64,000 nucleotides of DNA. Origin: Methanobacteriota archaeon. Its GTDB lineage: Archaea; Thermoplasmatota; Poseidoniia; Poseidoniales; Thalassarchaeaceae. The position numbers and the translations under genes are program-made. Under the pieces are notes generated by a model. It was not told the origin of the DNA. It did not search any database and worked only from the letters and a program-made list of their open reading frames with translations. The stretch lies in the NCBI GenBank assembly GCA_002716085.1, contig PAYZ01000019.1, positions 11,649-75,648 of the forward strand, read 5' to 3'. Positions 62,112 through 64,000 of this stretch are shown piece after piece; within the stretch, counting starts at the first letter, position 1, and every line of letters starts with the position of its first letter.

Positions 62112-64000
62112 TTATTTACTCCCAATGTTATGCATAGATTTCAATGTTTCATGGAAGAACTCAAGCTCATTCGGGATATATATTCCATCTATTGGGGATT
62201 TAAGAGATACTCCCATTTCTTTCTTTGCTTTCCAAATCTTTGAATTGAACCTTACAAGATCATCGGTCAACTTCCAGATATTATCAAATTGGCCCGACTT
62301 GCAAGATTCTGGCAATCTTGGGAAGCCCCTAATATCGACAGAACTCTGATCGTACAAAGTAGTACTAAGATAATGTGTGAAAAATGGACATATTGGTGAG
62401 AATGCTGCGAGCAAATCTCTTACAATTCTATGCAATGTCCATAGGCCTGAAGAATTTCCATCATAAAGTCTTGATTTGGACATTTCTAACCAATGACTGG
62501 GGAATATTCCCGTGCCGAATGACTTGATACTTTGCGCTGCAGTATATATGTCAATATTCTCCCACGATTCCTGTACAACACTCATTGTCCGATCAAACTC
62601 GGAAAGAATCCATACATCTTCATTCTCAAGACTGGGTGGAGTTGACAAATCTTTGGGAACCTCAAATTGACTTGCAAATCTGGCTATGTTGAATAGTTTT
62701 GTTAGAACTCCGTAATATTTTGTCTCAATCTCCTCTGGATTGATATGAAAATCATCACCCACTTGTGCATCGCATGCCTTCCAAAGTCTGAAGCACTCAC
62801 TTCCAATTTTATTGGCTTTCAATACCAACTGCTTACCATCCGCTCCCTTGATCTTCCAAGATCCAGTCCTCCCTCCAGAACCACACTCAAGGACTGAGTC
62901 AGCATCAATACCATTTCCAAGTGATTTCGACATCTTCCTTCCCCATGGATCCATTCCGAGTCCATCTACCCAGATGTTTGTAAATGCTGGTTTATCTAAT
63001 AGTAAAGCACTCTTGAGAAGAGTATAGTAAAGCCATGTTCTGACTATCTCTTTTCCCTGTGGCCTAATTGAAGTAGGAAAACCCTTTTTGAAAAGCTCTG
63101 GATCGTTAATGTAACCAGAAACATATAGGTTCGAATTTGATGAATCCATCCAAGTATCGAATACCTTCTCCTCTCCAACAATTTCTCCAAGGCTGCCCTT
63201 AATCTGATCATATTCTCCTATCACAGTCTTTGATTCCCTGTCAATTACCTCAGAACCATTAGGTGGAGATTCCCTCCATGGCTGTACATATACTCCTTCG
63301 GGGGGTACAACAATCCTTGTCCCGTCTTCGGAATACCAAATTGGTACTTCAGTATGATACCACCTCCTTCTGCTGATGGGCCAGTCAATTGATATACCAT
63401 TCATCCAGTCATGCAGGTATTGCCTGTTCCTCTCAGGAATGAATCGGCTTTTATCGGAAAGTTCTGACAGCCTATCAAGAATGTGAGTCTGCCTAACGTA
63501 CCACTCTTTCAGGAGAATGATTTCTATGGGATTTCCACCTCTTTCACTTACTGGAATCTCTTGCTCTCTGTCTGAAACTTGACTAATCTTTCCAGATTGG
63601 TCAAGAATTCTAATCGCTTCTTCCCTAGCTTCCATTACTGACATTCCAGATAGTGGACCAGAAATGTGAGTCATTTTTCCTTCAAGATCTATGGCAACAA
63701 ATGGTGAAAGGGAGAGCTCTCTGAAAACAGACACGTCATTCTGATCACCAAATGAACATACCATTAACACTCCCGAGCCGAAATCACTCTTTACAGATGG
63801 ATGTGCAATAATTTCTACCTCACTATCTCTATCGGATACGGGCAAAGGTAGTGATACTCTTTTTCCAATGAGATCCGTGTATCTATTATCATCAGGATGT
63901 ACTAATATTACCCCACAAGCACATATGAGTTCTGGCCGAGTAGTAGAAATTACGATTTCTTCTCCATCTGTAGTTTCCCAAATAATGTCACAAAGGGTAG
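62112..64000 (-). CDS. valS: class Ia aminoacyl-tRNA synthetase, most likely valyl-tRNA synthetase (N-terminus beyond window end)
   Basis: Contains 'KMSKSLGNGID', 'DWPISRRRWYHTEVPIWY', 'DTWMDSS', 'RPQGKEIVRTW' and the editing-domain 'GSGVLMVCSFGDQNDV'. The frame stays open upstream of the ORF-track start to position 64000 ('TTRPELICACGVILVHPDDNRY'). Confidence 0.8.
   Translation of the reverse strand, partial: TLCDIIWETTDGEEIVISTTRPELICACGVILVHPDDNRYTDLIGKRVSLPLPVSDRDSEVEIIAHPSVKSDFGSGVLMVCSFGDQNDVSVFRELSLSPFVAIDLEGKMTHISGPLSGMSVMEAREEAIRILDQSGKISQVSDREQEIPVSERGGNPIEIILLKEWYVRQTHILDRLSELSDKSRFIPERNRQYLHDWMNGISIDWPISRRRWYHTEVPIWYSEDGTRIVVPPEGVYVQPWRESPPNGSEVIDRESKTVIGEYDQIKGSLGEIVGEEKVFDTWMDSSNSNLYVSGYINDPELFKKGFPTSIRPQGKEIVRTWLYYTLLKSALLLDKPAFTNIWVDGLGMDPWGRKMSKSLGNGIDADSVLECGSGGRTGSWKIKGADGKQLVLKANKIGSECFRLWKACDAQVGDDFHINPEEIETKYYGVLTKLFNIARFASQFEVPKDLSTPPSLENEDVWILSEFDRTMSVVQESWENIDIYTAAQSIKSFGTGIFPSHWLEMSKSRLYDGNSSGLWTLHRIVRDLLAAFSPICPFFTHYLSTTLYDQSSVDIRGFPRLPESCKSGQFDNIWKLTDDLVRFNSKIWKAKKEMGVSLKSPIDGIYIPNELEFFHETLKSMHNIGSK

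Noticed and set aside
1-64000. I searched for CRISPR arrays, IS elements, integrases, prophage remnants, toxin-antitoxin pairs or defence genes, especially next to the two tRNA genes.
   Set aside because: There are no regularly spaced direct repeats, no transposase, integrase or recombinase-like ORFs, and no long terminal inverted or direct repeats visible. Both tRNA genes are flanked by housekeeping genes.

Overview
This looks like a core chromosomal segment of an archaeon, with no CRISPR array, rRNA gene, transposase or integrase visible. It is most consistent with an aerobic, heterotrophic marine Thermoplasmatota lineage (Marine Group II/III-like). That placement is an inference from the unsplit rpoB, the archaeal r-proteins (L30e, S3Ae, S17e, L31e, L39e, S19e), PAN, Kae1, aMBF1, Tsr3, GGTGA-type ribosome-binding sites and the gene content. 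Coding density is very high, and many adjacent genes overlap by 4 nt (ATGA).

Recognisable content, in order:
- a Rieske/split-cytochrome-b operon
- a divergent tail-less FtsZ homolog
- tRNA-Lys followed by the rpoH-rpoB-rpoA'-rpoA''-rpl30e cluster
- PdxS, a 7Fe ferredoxin, S3Ae, MTA phosphorylase, Tsr3, MBF1 and PAN
- a complete histidine-utilisation set that uses glutamate formimidoyltransferase plus cyclodeaminase
- AlaX, tRNA-Val and Kae1
- methylmalonyl-CoA mutase and epimerase
- a preQ0 operon (RHH-folE-queE-queC-msrB-queD)
- PdxH and an r-protein cluster
- a YdeP-like molybdoenzyme with FdhD
- an IscA/YgfZ pair, Fe/Mn SOD, SerA and a partial ValRS

Most interesting observations:
1. An uncharacterised 7-gene divergon at 18048-25649. 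It holds four paralogous long coiled-coil proteins, two envelope proteins (one with cytosolic tandem zinc ribbons) and an embedded DtxR-type regulator.
2. The RNA polymerase carries lineage-specific additions. A paralogous HhH-like module plus basic linker sits at the N-termini of both RpoH and RpoA''. RpoA' has a roughly 125-aa Cys4 insertion, and RpoB has an insertion too.
3. Nucleic-acid-binding-type appendages occur on other housekeeping proteins. S3Ae has a SAP domain, and MBF1 shares a basic 'RLGVSR' tail with two of the coiled-coil proteins.

All functional calls come from motif recognition by eye. No database search was run.
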